Source: Candidatus Parcubacteria bacterium
GTDB lineage: Bacteria; Patescibacteriota; Minisyncoccia; Phycocordibacterales; CAIJYI01
DNA length: 64,000 bases
Assembly (NCBI GenBank): GCA_026395595.1
Contig: JAPLYL010000003.1
Location: forward strand, 12,136 to 76,135
Direction: 5' to 3'
Shown here: in pieces, positions 9,632 through 18,394 of the stretch
Layout: every line of letters starts with the position of its first letter
How positions within the stretch are numbered: the stretch's first letter is position 1
Translations under genes and position numbers: made by a program
The notes under the pieces: model-generated
Told to the model about the DNA's origin: nothing
What the model saw: the letters and a program-made list of their open reading frames with translations, nothing else
Database searches by the model: none

Positions 9632-10240
9632 ATGGAAACCGATAATAACAATCTTCATGTTCTTTGCGAAAAGGAAATAAAGAATTTAAAAACCGAACGC
9701 GACATCTTAAAAGAATCTTATTTCCAATTAAAAGAATTGAAAGAAAAGCTGGAAGAAAGCGAACGGCGTTTCAAGAATATTTTTGATTATACTTCTGTCG
9801 GAGTTTCTGTCGTTGCTCCAGACGGGCACTGGCTGGAAGTAAATGATTCTCTCTGTAAAATTACCGGCTATTCCCGCGAAGAATTGCTTACCAAACAATT
9901 CAATAAAATTACCTATTCCGAAGATGTCGAGAAAAGCGCTGAACTGTCTCGGAAGATTTTATCAGGCGAAGTTGACCACGCCTCTTTGGAGAAAAGATAT
10001 ACTCATAAAAATGGCCACATTGTTTGGGTTAACTTAAGTATTGCTCTCGTGCGAGACGACAAGAACATCCCTTTGTATTTTGTCGTTCATACCGAAGACA
10101 TCACCAAACGCCGCGAAGCCGAAAAAGCCTTAAAAGAAAAAGTAGGCGAGCTGGAAAAAATGAACAGCTTCATGGTAGGAAGGGAAGAGAAAATGATGGA
10201 ATTGAAAAAAGAAATTGAGGAATTGAAGAAAAAGAAATAA
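9632..10240 (+). CDS. PAS-domain protein with coiled-coil flanks and no output domain
   Basis: PAS fold stretch FKNIFDYTSVGVSVVAPDGHWLEVNDSLCKITGYSREELLTKQFNKITY...KNGHIVWV; coiled-coil N- and C-termini. Confidence 0.7.
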   Translation: METDNNNLHVLCEKEIKNLKTERDILKESYFQLKELKEKLEESERRFKNIFDYTSVGVSVVAPDGHWLEVNDSLCKITGYSREELLTKQFNKITYSEDVEKSAELSRKILSGEVDHASLEKRYTHKNGHIVWVNLSIALVRDDKNIPLYFVVHTEDITKRREAEKALKEKVGELEKMNSFMVGREEKMMELKKEIEELKKKK

Positions 10241-10452
10241 TAAAGAAACAGAACCATGCCTATTTTCAGAAGAAGGAGTCCATTAAAATGATGATGCGCC
10301 TCGTGTTCTGTTTGCCAATAAAAATTTCAGCCTGCGAACCGGAATTTTTATGCAAACTTGGAGGAGTCTGTGGATAATAAATTAGCGAGCGACTCTCGTT
10401 CGCAGTATACTGAAATCAGATCGTTAATGTATAAATTTAACAAAATTATTTT

Positions 10453-10965
10453 ATGAATAAGAATTTTTATATTACCGTCGTTATCTTGCTGGCATTTGTT
10501 TTTGTCGGAAACGCAAATGTTTTTGCAGAAGCAAAGAGCGGTGAAAAGATGAGCGAACAGCACAGAAACAATGTTTCAAAAGTTGTTCAAGAACTTGAAA
10601 AGGTTGCCGGTAAAGACGCGGGTATTGGAGAAGAAGTAAAAGCCGTAGCGCAAGAAGAAAAAGATACCGTCACCAGTGTTGCTGAAAAGATGGAAAAGGC
10701 GGAAAATAGAGGAGGTTTCAAAACCTTTCTCGTCGGTTCCGATTACAAAAACTTGGGAGCGTTGAGAAGCGATCTTGTGACAACGCAAAATCATATTGAC
10801 CGCTTGACGAAAGCAATAGAAAGAGCGACAAGCACGGAAGCAAAAACAGCACTTCAGACTCAGATCAACGAACTCAAAGGAATACAGACAAAAGCGGAAA
10901 CTTTCGTTAAAGCTCAAGAAGGAAAGTTCAGTTTGTTCGGTTGGCTGATAAAACTGTTTCAGTAA
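10453..10965 (+). CDS. secreted coiled-coil protein, hypothetical
   Basis: Signal-peptide-like N-terminus MNKNFYITVVILLAFVFVGNANVFA. Confidence 0.5.
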   Translation: MNKNFYITVVILLAFVFVGNANVFAEAKSGEKMSEQHRNNVSKVVQELEKVAGKDAGIGEEVKAVAQEEKDTVTSVAEKMEKAENRGGFKTFLVGSDYKNLGALRSDLVTTQNHIDRLTKAIERATSTEAKTALQTQINELKGIQTKAETFVKAQEGKFSLFGWLIKLFQ

Positions 10966-10990
10966 TCGTTTGGCTTAACTTAAACCAAAA

Positions 10991-11020
10991 CAATCCGCCC
11001 CAAAGGCGGATTGTTTTTAT
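10991..11020 (+). terminator. rho-independent terminator
   Basis: Hairpin aatccgccccaaaggcggatt followed by gtttttatt. Confidence 0.7.
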
Positions 11021-11095
11021 TCTTTCTCATAACTCTATCCTCATCTATATCAGTGGAGATTAATGAATGACGTTAGAACCTCTTTGATTGAAATC
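10997..11095. repeat. ~95-bp intergenic repeat copy R1 (terminator-proximal module containing the TTAGAACC motif)
   Basis: Aligns at about 70% to 11892-11988 (ttttattctt...ctatatc[a/t]gtggaga...ttagaacc..tttgattgaaa). Confidence 0.5.
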
Positions 11096-11249
11096 GAGAA
11101 TAGTCTGTATTTACAAGCGATGTTAGAATTTTCAAAAACACTGAATGCGAAGGGTGTCTAGGTGAGATTCGGGGAAGAGATTAGAACCTCCAAACAAATA
11201 TACTGAAAATATCTTCCGTTGATGCTTAATAGTTGATATAATCACTGGT

Positions 11250-11801
11250 ATGGAAAATGCAAATATTTTTATAGAAAAGGAACGTCCGATGTTGGAAAAC
11301 AAAGAATTATTTTATGAAGTAATGGGTCAAAGAGTCCAAAGATTAAGAGGGAATTCTTATACCGAAATGGCGGGAGAGAACTCGTCGATGGCTCATTTTG
11401 GTGGGGTAGTTTGTAAAGTTCCCGAAGGGAAACTCATTAAAGATGCGGTGATTTATGTCAATGAAGACGATTTTTTTGTGAAAGGAGAAGATTTTACAGA
11501 CATTATTCCTGTCGTTCTCAGGCACGAGATGTTTGAACTGTGGACTTATGTAAAAAACGGCTGGTCACTTTCACCAGCCCCAAAGCGAATTGGAAATGAA
11601 AACAGGGTTAGTGTTGCACACGGCTTAGCTCTTCGGGAAGAATATAGATATGCTGTTGAAATTGGAAAAGCTGAGAGGTATTTGGAATATATAAAAAAAT
11701 GGTCACAAGAACACCCAAGAGAAAATATGGAAGGTTTTATTTCGGAAAATGAGAATGCCTATAAAAAGGTAATATCTCGAACAGGAGAAACAGACAAATA
11801 A
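11250..11801 (+). CDS. hypothetical protein
   Basis: 183-aa ORF flanked by R1/R2 repeats; followed by a terminator hairpin at 11865-11897. Confidence 0.45.
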   Translation: MENANIFIEKERPMLENKELFYEVMGQRVQRLRGNSYTEMAGENSSMAHFGGVVCKVPEGKLIKDAVIYVNEDDFFVKGEDFTDIIPVVLRHEMFELWTYVKNGWSLSPAPKRIGNENRVSVAHGLALREEYRYAVEIGKAERYLEYIKKWSQEHPRENMEGFISENENAYKKVISRTGETDK

Positions 11802-11891
11802 TATCGAAGACGAGCACATGGTCTCACTGAAAATTATTTTAAATAAAAAGTAACTTACTAAAAAAGAACTCTGACTAAAATCAGAGTTCTT

Positions 11892-11988
11892 TTTTATTCT
11901 TCCATATAGTTCTACCTACTTCTATATCTGTGGAGAAGACTACAGGATATTAGAACCATTTTGATTGAAACACAGGCAATACATTTTC
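11892..11988. repeat. ~95-bp intergenic repeat copy R2
   Basis: Second copy of the R1 module; further TTAGAACC motifs at 11948 and 12048. Confidence 0.5.
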
Positions 11989-12094
11989 TTAGAATCGCAG
12001 ATGAGTGGAGTGGGTCAGATACCTCCGATGGTTATCGTTCGTCAACTCGTTAGAACCACAGAAAGGTTAACAAACGTTAATAACGTTAACGTTG

Positions 12095-13021
12095 TTAATT
12101 TTGTGAAAGTTTGGGCTGAAGAATAACCCAATTATACCCAAAAGGGTTGTCTCTTCGTTGCACAGCCATATCTCCAGGAGCTTTAAGCATATAGGTGAGA
12201 ATTATAAAGTTATTGACGAACAGGTTAAAATCAACCATCGTCCTTTTCATAAACCCTAAGACCAGTTCGGCTTCATCCTTGGAATGATGTATTACCTGAG
12301 GCTGAACTTGTTTCGTATCAGAATCAAACATTATATCTGAGATGTTTTTCATACCACCACGGTGGTGTGTCATATCTCTAAGTTTAACCAAATATGTTAA
12401 TGGCTCGAGATTTACCTCTAAGTGGTCAATAAGATTCTGGTATCTCTGGCTTTTATATTCGTCTTTTAGTTTTAGAGATTGCAGTTTCCTTACTATCTTT
12501 ATACCGCTAAGCTCTTTGCCGTTTTCGACACCTTTGTGCCATCCATCAATATTCTCGTCAAGAATATGGCCGAGTATTTGTCCGAGTTGGTCTAACGCTG
12601 ATTTTATTCCCGATAAGAAATAATCAATTTCTCGGTCTAATTCTGGAGACTTTGTTGTTAAGTATATATTTTGGTTTGTATCTTTAAGGCTTTTTTCTCG
12701 AAAAGTTTCAATACTTTCTTTTTGGACTTTTTCGTAATTTCGGAGTGAGTCGTTGGTTTTTGTCAGGATATGCCCCAAGTCAATCATTTGCCCAAAGTGC
12801 TTTTCGTGGGGCTTATCTTCCTTATTCCTGCCAAAGAAGATAAGAACTTCAGCTTGAAGATACATAGGAAGCTGTACTATTTCAGAAAGAATGTAAGAGT
12901 CGATATCATCCTTCGCTTGAAGAACTGTACCAAGTACAAACTTTTCTTTTTTGTTATTTTCTTTATCCATTGATTTAAACAAAATACTTTTATCTTTTCT
13001 TGTGTGCATGCGAACTAGCAA
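12095..13021 (-). CDS. hypothetical protein, third gene of the lexA-divergent operon
   Basis: 308-aa ORF, no recognisable motif; 20-nt gap to the upstream gene. Confidence 0.5.
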   Translation of the reverse strand: MLVRMHTRKDKSILFKSMDKENNKKEKFVLGTVLQAKDDIDSYILSEIVQLPMYLQAEVLIFFGRNKEDKPHEKHFGQMIDLGHILTKTNDSLRNYEKVQKESIETFREKSLKDTNQNIYLTTKSPELDREIDYFLSGIKSALDQLGQILGHILDENIDGWHKGVENGKELSGIKIVRKLQSLKLKDEYKSQRYQNLIDHLEVNLEPLTYLVKLRDMTHHRGGMKNISDIMFDSDTKQVQPQVIHHSKDEAELVLGFMKRTMVDFNLFVNNFIILTYMLKAPGDMAVQRRDNPFGYNWVILQPKLSQN

Positions 13022-13041
13022 AGTGGACTTTCATTAAAGGA

Positions 13042-13881
13042 CTACGTTTTATCTTCATTATGTCCAGCTTCCAATTTTATTACGATTTCATTCATTGTAT
13101 AGTGTACAAATTGTTTTCCGAGTTCGGTTAACTCATATTTCTTATCGTCATCGAAAGCTGAGGTTGCATATCTGGTCCCGTTGCTCTTTGATTTACTGCG
13201 CTGGGGAGTCTGAAGTATTATGCTACCGTTGTAGCCACGTTCTTTGTGTTGGGTTATGACGTGCCCAGTACTCAAGTCGTGTATGAGCAGTTTAAACAAA
13301 TCCGCTTCCGCTGAATCTTCTCGAGCTGGGTCTCCGTGTATTTCTTGCCATATTTGCTGGCGAGTGCAACCTGGATTTTTATAGACTTCTCGAATAACCG
13401 CAAAATGTGCTTCAGAATAAATATCTATCCATGTTACAAACATGCGCACAACATCATCACTACATATTTGAGATGAGGCAGAATTTGATAAAAGGTTGCG
13501 CACTAATTTTCTTTTTTCCTCACTTTCTGCAGCCGACCAGTCTCGGAAACATTTTTTTACTATTTTTAGATATTCTGGACTTTCCAAACGTTCACGTATT
13601 TTATCGTCTGTTTGGTCTAGTCGAGTTAAAACTTCAAAAATAGTTTGTCCAATTTCCTTCATCTCATCCTCCTGTAGTTTAAGCCAGCTTCCAAATATAT
13701 TGTTAAACCTTTTTTGTTCTTGTTCTGACCAACTTGCGCCTATACCACCAATGGCTCCACCCGCAAAAGGGACAGAGCTTAAACAAGCTAATGCAAATCG
13801 AGCGACTTTTGGTCCCGCGCCACTTTTTAACGCGTCATCAAGCTGTATTCTCAGCTCGTCTTTTTTTTGATTTTCGTCCAT
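13042..13881 (-). CDS. hypothetical protein, second gene of the lexA-divergent operon
   Basis: 279-aa ORF; 2-nt gap to the upstream gene. Confidence 0.5.
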   Translation of the reverse strand: MDENQKKDELRIQLDDALKSGAGPKVARFALACLSSVPFAGGAIGGIGASWSEQEQKRFNNIFGSWLKLQEDEMKEIGQTIFEVLTRLDQTDDKIRERLESPEYLKIVKKCFRDWSAAESEEKRKLVRNLLSNSASSQICSDDVVRMFVTWIDIYSEAHFAVIREVYKNPGCTRQQIWQEIHGDPAREDSAEADLFKLLIHDLSTGHVITQHKERGYNGSIILQTPQRSKSKSNGTRYATSAFDDDKKYELTELGKQFVHYTMNEIVIKLEAGHNEDKT

Positions 13882-13883
13882 AC

Positions 13884-14528
13884 CTACGTTTCAATAGTTA
13901 TTCCAAGTTTTGCTGATAAACTATTTAGACGTTCTCCGTCTCCCGAAATCTTCTTTTTCCTGTCGTTAATAAAATTAGATAATTCTGATTTAATTTTAGA
14001 ATGTCCTTCTTGAATATCTTTGTTTACCCAACTTATCCAATCTAACAAGTGCTTTTTTTGCGAAGTAACAGCGTTTGATACCCCCGTGTCGTCATGAGCA
14101 AATCCATAGCCTTTAATGTCTACAGAAAATGAAACATAATCATTATGCCAATCAAGGCTTTCTGGAGACCAACTGAATGTGCGGGTTGAAGGGTCAAGAG
14201 TTTTAATTATTTCTAGTGTATCGTTTGTGATTAAGGGGAGAACAATTTCAAGTGACTCATATTCCCATTCTTTATCTCCATCAGATTGATAAAAATCATC
14301 CCTCATGTGGGTGGGCACAATCCTCATTTCTTTTTTGAGTCGCATTATTTCTTTTCGATCAGTGTCAAACTCAATAGGGAGGAGAACATCTTCTGATGTT
14401 AAAAGCTCCTCTAGAAATTCCTCTGTGGTTTTATTGAGAATTTTTTCGTTAGGGCTAATTTGTATTTGTTTTTCCAGAGCACTTAAGAGTGCACGATAAT
14501 AATCTGAAATTGATGGTTTGTTAAACAT
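13884..14528 (-). CDS. hypothetical protein, first gene of the lexA-divergent operon
   Basis: 214-aa ORF, acidic, no motif. Confidence 0.5.
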   Translation of the reverse strand: MFNKPSISDYYRALLSALEKQIQISPNEKILNKTTEEFLEELLTSEDVLLPIEFDTDRKEIMRLKKEMRIVPTHMRDDFYQSDGDKEWEYESLEIVLPLITNDTLEIIKTLDPSTRTFSWSPESLDWHNDYVSFSVDIKGYGFAHDDTGVSNAVTSQKKHLLDWISWVNKDIQEGHSKIKSELSNFINDRKKKISGDGERLNSLSAKLGITIET

Positions 14529-14565
14529 GTTATTTGTGGATAACTTTTATTGCTTTTAAATTTCT

Positions 14566-14592
14566 TTCAAATATAATATAAGTATATTTGAA
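14566..14592. promoter_or_regulatory. perfect 10-bp inverted repeat TTCAAATATA-N7-TATATTTGAA, candidate operator (LexA box?)
   Basis: Lies in the 85-bp divergent intergenic region between lexA and the three-gene operon. Confidence 0.45.
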
Positions 14593-14613
14593 ACTAATTT
14601 GAAGGTCAAGTTT

Positions 14614-15276
14614 ATGCTGGGGAAAAAACAAAAAAAGATTTACGATTATATCACTTCGTATATAAAGGATAATGAAATACCGCCTTCTCTTGATGAAATT
14701 GCGGAGCACTGCTCTTTGGGGTACGCGTCATCTGCTCACTATCACGTAAAAAAACTTGAGGAGGAAGGATATCTTGAAAGGTACGCAGGAAAACCGCGGG
14801 GGATAGGTCTTTATGCAAAAAATGAAGTGCACTCTCCTCGATTGAGGAATATGGGGCTTGATTCTATCGGTATTCCTGTTCTCGGTACTGCCAATGCGGG
14901 ACCAGCCACTCTCTTTGCTGAAGAAGAAGCAATAGGACATTTAAAGGTTTCTAAAAGTATCGTTAAAAAGAAAGACGGGGTGTTTGCACTCAAGGTTGAC
15001 GGAGATTCAATGAACAAAGCACAAGTTAATGGGAAAAGCATATCGGATGGTGATTTTGTGGTTATAGATTCTGAATACAAACATCCGAAAGATGGAGACT
15101 ATGTACTTTCTGTACTAGACGGATGCGCAAACTTAAAGAAATTTTCTCGGGATAAAAAAACTGGTGAAATTTTACTACTATCGGAATCAGACAACCCAAA
15201 ACATAAACCGATTTATGTATCTAGCGAAGATAGTTTTATGGTGAACGGAAAAATCATTGCTGTGGTAAAGAGATAA
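14614..15276 (+). CDS. lexA: LexA repressor (S24 peptidase); ATG at 14614 with GAAGG SD, ORF track TTG at 14599
   Basis: N-terminal wHTH KKIYDYITSYIKDNEIPPSLDEIAEHCSLGYASSAHYHVKKLEEEGYLER. C-terminal peptidase with VDGDSMNKA (Ser) and NGKIIAVVKR (Lys). Confidence 0.85.
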   Translation: MLGKKQKKIYDYITSYIKDNEIPPSLDEIAEHCSLGYASSAHYHVKKLEEEGYLERYAGKPRGIGLYAKNEVHSPRLRNMGLDSIGIPVLGTANAGPATLFAEEEAIGHLKVSKSIVKKKDGVFALKVDGDSMNKAQVNGKSISDGDFVVIDSEYKHPKDGDYVLSVLDGCANLKKFSRDKKTGEILLLSESDNPKHKPIYVSSEDSFMVNGKIIAVVKR

Positions 15277-15406
15277 TTTTCTGTCACCTCGTTCGTGCTA
15301 CTACAAGTAATTTCGGGCGTCTTGTTATTTGCACATATTAAAATAATGTGCTATAATCAACAGCAGAATTTACTTTGAAATAACTTAAATAAAAGAGGAG
15401 AAAAAC

Positions 15407-17425
15407 ATGACGACTAATGCAATTACAGAAGACAAATATCGTTGGATGGAAAGCAATGAAAAGCCCGAAGTTCAAGAGTGGCTGAAACAACAATCCGAAA
15501 CAACAGGAAAATACCTTGATGGTATTCCTGTTCGTAAAGAATTGCGCGAGCAGTTTCAAAAGCTGTTTTCTTTGGATACTGTCGGAACACCAGCACCAAG
15601 AAAGGGGCTTTATTTTGTGATGAAACGCAGAGGCGACCAAGATATGTCGGTACTCTATGTTTCTGAAGGAATTTCAGGAATCCCGCGTGTTCTCATTGAT
15701 CCGAATACTCTTTCGGAAGATAAAACGGTTACAATAAAACAGTGGAGACCCTCTCGTGACGGCAAACTTCTTGCGTACGGATTATCAAATGCTGGAAATG
15801 ATAAGTTCGCCATTTATGTGATGGACGTTGTCACAGGAGTAAAACTTTCTGATGAAATTCCTGATGACTTTTACCCATCATTCTTATCGTGGAATACCGA
15901 TGGAACAGGATTCTGGTATCGGAAACATGACCCGCGAATGCCGATGTCAGAAGCTAAGCTTTACCTACGCATTTATTTTCATGCATTGGGAAGCAAGTAC
16001 CAAGACGACCTTCTTGTTTTTGGTGAAGACCTTGAAAAAGATGATTATCCAGGAATGACTATCTCGCAGGATGGACGATACATGCTTGTTGAGGTCGGAG
16101 GAAGAGACCGCCGAAGCGGAAAATGGTGGAATGAGATTTACCTGCGAGACCTTGCACTTTCAGACGTAAAATTTGTCAAAGTAATGGCTCGTATTCCTGA
16201 TATAACATACGATGGAAGATTACACAGAGATAGGCTGTATGTTATCACAAATCAAGATGCACCACGTATGCAAATTCTGGAAATGGATTTGAACGACGCT
16301 GTTTCAGGTCATGTGATTCCCAAGGTTCTCATACCAGAAGGAAAAGGCGTTATCGACGAAGTCGCTTTTGTCGGAAATAAGATTTTTGTCGCCACTCTTC
16401 AGAATGTTTATTCAGCTATTCACGAATATAACCTACACGGGGATTTTGTTAGCGAAGTTGTATTACCGTCTATCGGCTCCGCAGGAGGTTTCTCTTGCGA
16501 AAAAGAAGGGGAAGAACTTTTCTTTTCATTCGAGTCATTTGCTATTCCGCGTACGATTTATCGGTTGGATTTAGTAAAGAACAACCTTTCTATATTTGCA
16601 CAAATGGAAGCAGGTTTTGATGTTGAAATGATAGAAACAAAACAGGTGTGGTATCCGTCAAAAGACGGAACACAGATTCCGATGTTTCTTGTGTATAAAA
16701 AGGGAGTAGTTCTTGATGGCAATAACCCAACAGTTCTTTATGGATATGGCGGATTTAATATCAGTCTTACTCCATCTTTTAACAAAGGAATCATTCCGTT
16801 TGTATTGCATGGCGGTATTTATGCCATAGCAAATATTCGTGGAGGTGGCGAGTTTGGAAAAGAATGGCATGAAGCAGGAATGCAGAAAAACAAGCAGAAT
16901 GTTTTTGATGACTTTGCAGAAGCGGCAAAATGGCTTATCTCGTCTAAATATACAAGAAAAGAAAAACTTGCAATAGAAGGCGGAAGCAATGGCGGTTTGC
17001 TTGTTACTGCAATCGTTATACAAAATCCTGGCCTTGTTGAAGCGGGAATTGCGTCGGTGCCGGTAACTGACATGTTGCGTTATCACCTCTTTTTCGGCGG
17101 AGTTCATTGGATTCCAGACTATGGAGACCCTGACAATGAAGAGATGAGAAAGTATTTGCTCGGATACAGTCCGTATCACAACGTGAAAGACGGAGAAAAA
17201 TATCCAGCAATGCTTATTGTAACATCGGATAATGATGACCGTGTGCATCCAATGCATTCATATAAAATGACCGCTCGTTTGCAGGAAGCAAATACTTCGA
17301 AGTATCCAATTCTTCTTCGTGTGGAATTGAAAGCGGGGCATGGTGGTGCGAGTGCTATCACCAAGTATGTTGAAGAACAAGCCGATGTGTGGAGTTTTGT
17401 ATTTGATCAGCTGAAAATGCTTTGA
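15407..17425 (+). CDS. prolyl oligopeptidase (S9A family)
   Basis: N-terminal propeller and C-terminal alpha/beta hydrolase with GGSNGGLLV nucleophile elbow; terminator hairpin at 17448-17478. Confidence 0.85.
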   Translation: MTTNAITEDKYRWMESNEKPEVQEWLKQQSETTGKYLDGIPVRKELREQFQKLFSLDTVGTPAPRKGLYFVMKRRGDQDMSVLYVSEGISGIPRVLIDPNTLSEDKTVTIKQWRPSRDGKLLAYGLSNAGNDKFAIYVMDVVTGVKLSDEIPDDFYPSFLSWNTDGTGFWYRKHDPRMPMSEAKLYLRIYFHALGSKYQDDLLVFGEDLEKDDYPGMTISQDGRYMLVEVGGRDRRSGKWWNEIYLRDLALSDVKFVKVMARIPDITYDGRLHRDRLYVITNQDAPRMQILEMDLNDAVSGHVIPKVLIPEGKGVIDEVAFVGNKIFVATLQNVYSAIHEYNLHGDFVSEVVLPSIGSAGGFSCEKEGEELFFSFESFAIPRTIYRLDLVKNNLSIFAQMEAGFDVEMIETKQVWYPSKDGTQIPMFLVYKKGVVLDGNNPTVLYGYGGFNISLTPSFNKGIIPFVLHGGIYAIANIRGGGEFGKEWHEAGMQKNKQNVFDDFAEAAKWLISSKYTRKEKLAIEGGSNGGLLVTAIVIQNPGLVEAGIASVPVTDMLRYHLFFGGVHWIPDYGDPDNEEMRKYLLGYSPYHNVKDGEKYPAMLIVTSDNDDRVHPMHSYKMTARLQEANTSKYPILLRVELKAGHGGASAITKYVEEQADVWSFVFDQLKML

Positions 17426-18211
17426 TTAAACCTTTGTAAAAATCACAAAAGCAGTCTTTCGGGGCTGCTTTTTTTATTGTAAAATTTTACATTTTCGTAA
17501 AAACATAATACTATAAAGTTACAACTTAATATCGTTGACCTAAACCAGCGCTTCGGTGCTGGCATGGTTGAAAATCGTTAGGCAAGAATCGGGGTCAGGT
17601 ACTCATTCTTTTTTAAATCTGTGGTGTAGTATTTTTTGATGGACGACGGACGGCGCACGGGGAATTGTGTGCTTCGCACGCTATTTTACGGGGATATCTT
17701 CCCTTACAGGGACGGTACATGTTTCGTATCTCACTTCGCCTGCGGGCTCGTTATGATATACTCAACATCTTCGATTCCCCACGGAAGACAAGCAGTTGTC
17801 TTCCTCCATCTCCACCGAAAATTTACAAACAAAAAATGCCAGTTTGCAAACTGGCATTTTTTGTGTAAATTTTGGTGGACATACTGTCGGAGGGGTGGAA
17901 CCGCCTTGAGGAGTTTGTTTTTAGGGCTTATGCGATGGTAAAAGGAGTACAAACAACGTAAAAGTACTGAAATCATCGGCTTATTTACTCACACACTGTG
18001 AATGGAACAAAGGCAGGGACGCGTCAAACAACAAAAAAACAAGAAAACGGAAACCTCGCAATTTTGTGGAATTTAATATATAATGAAGCGTATCAGGGGG
18101 GTTAAATTATCGCTGGAATTTTGTAATATTTCAGCACGATTCAGCGTAAGATGGTCGTGCTCGCTACTGATAATAACCGATATTTTTTCAAAACGGAAAC
18201 GAAGCCAAATA

Positions 18212-18382
18212 ATGAGTTTTGTTAAGAATAAGGACAGTAAGATCGAGGTCAAATTTCGAAAAATATTATGGGCACTCGGTTTTCAATACCGCAAACACCC
18301 AAAAGGCTATTTTGGAAAACCTGATGTGGTCTTAAAAAAATATAAAACTGTATTTTTTGTCGATCCTGGTTCAATCATCTAA
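18212..18382 (+). pseudogene. vsr: Vsr-like very-short-patch-repair endonuclease remnant (N-terminal ~56 aa only; catalytic His cluster missing)
   Basis: SKIEVKFRKILWALGFQYRKHPKGYFGKPDVVLKKYKTVFFVD aligns to the Vsr N-terminal half (GxPD retained). The ORF stops before the FVDGCFWH motif; the next gene starts 13 nt later. Confidence 0.5.
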
Positions 18383-18394
18383 AACTTTAATATT

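Noticed and set aside
11073-12055. TTAGAACC repeats as Cheo-type LexA boxes (GAAC-N4-GTTC)
   Set aside because: No inverted GTTC partner at the required spacing. The perfect palindrome at 14566-14592 is a better operator candidate.
14599-14613. TTG start for lexA given by the ORF track
   Set aside because: The ATG at 14614 has a GAAGG Shine-Dalgarno 8 nt upstream. The N-terminal helix of LexA aligns from there.
16658-17257. 199-aa minus-strand ORF
   Set aside because: Antisense to prolyl oligopeptidase, which has clear S9 motifs.
17480-17770. Known ncRNA (SRP RNA, RNase P, 6S) in the 600-bp gap after prolyl oligopeptidase
   Set aside because: Several hairpins and a GTCAGGT-like stretch, but none of the family-defining conserved blocks could be matched by eye. 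Left as unassigned structured DNA inside or adjacent to the left inverted repeat.
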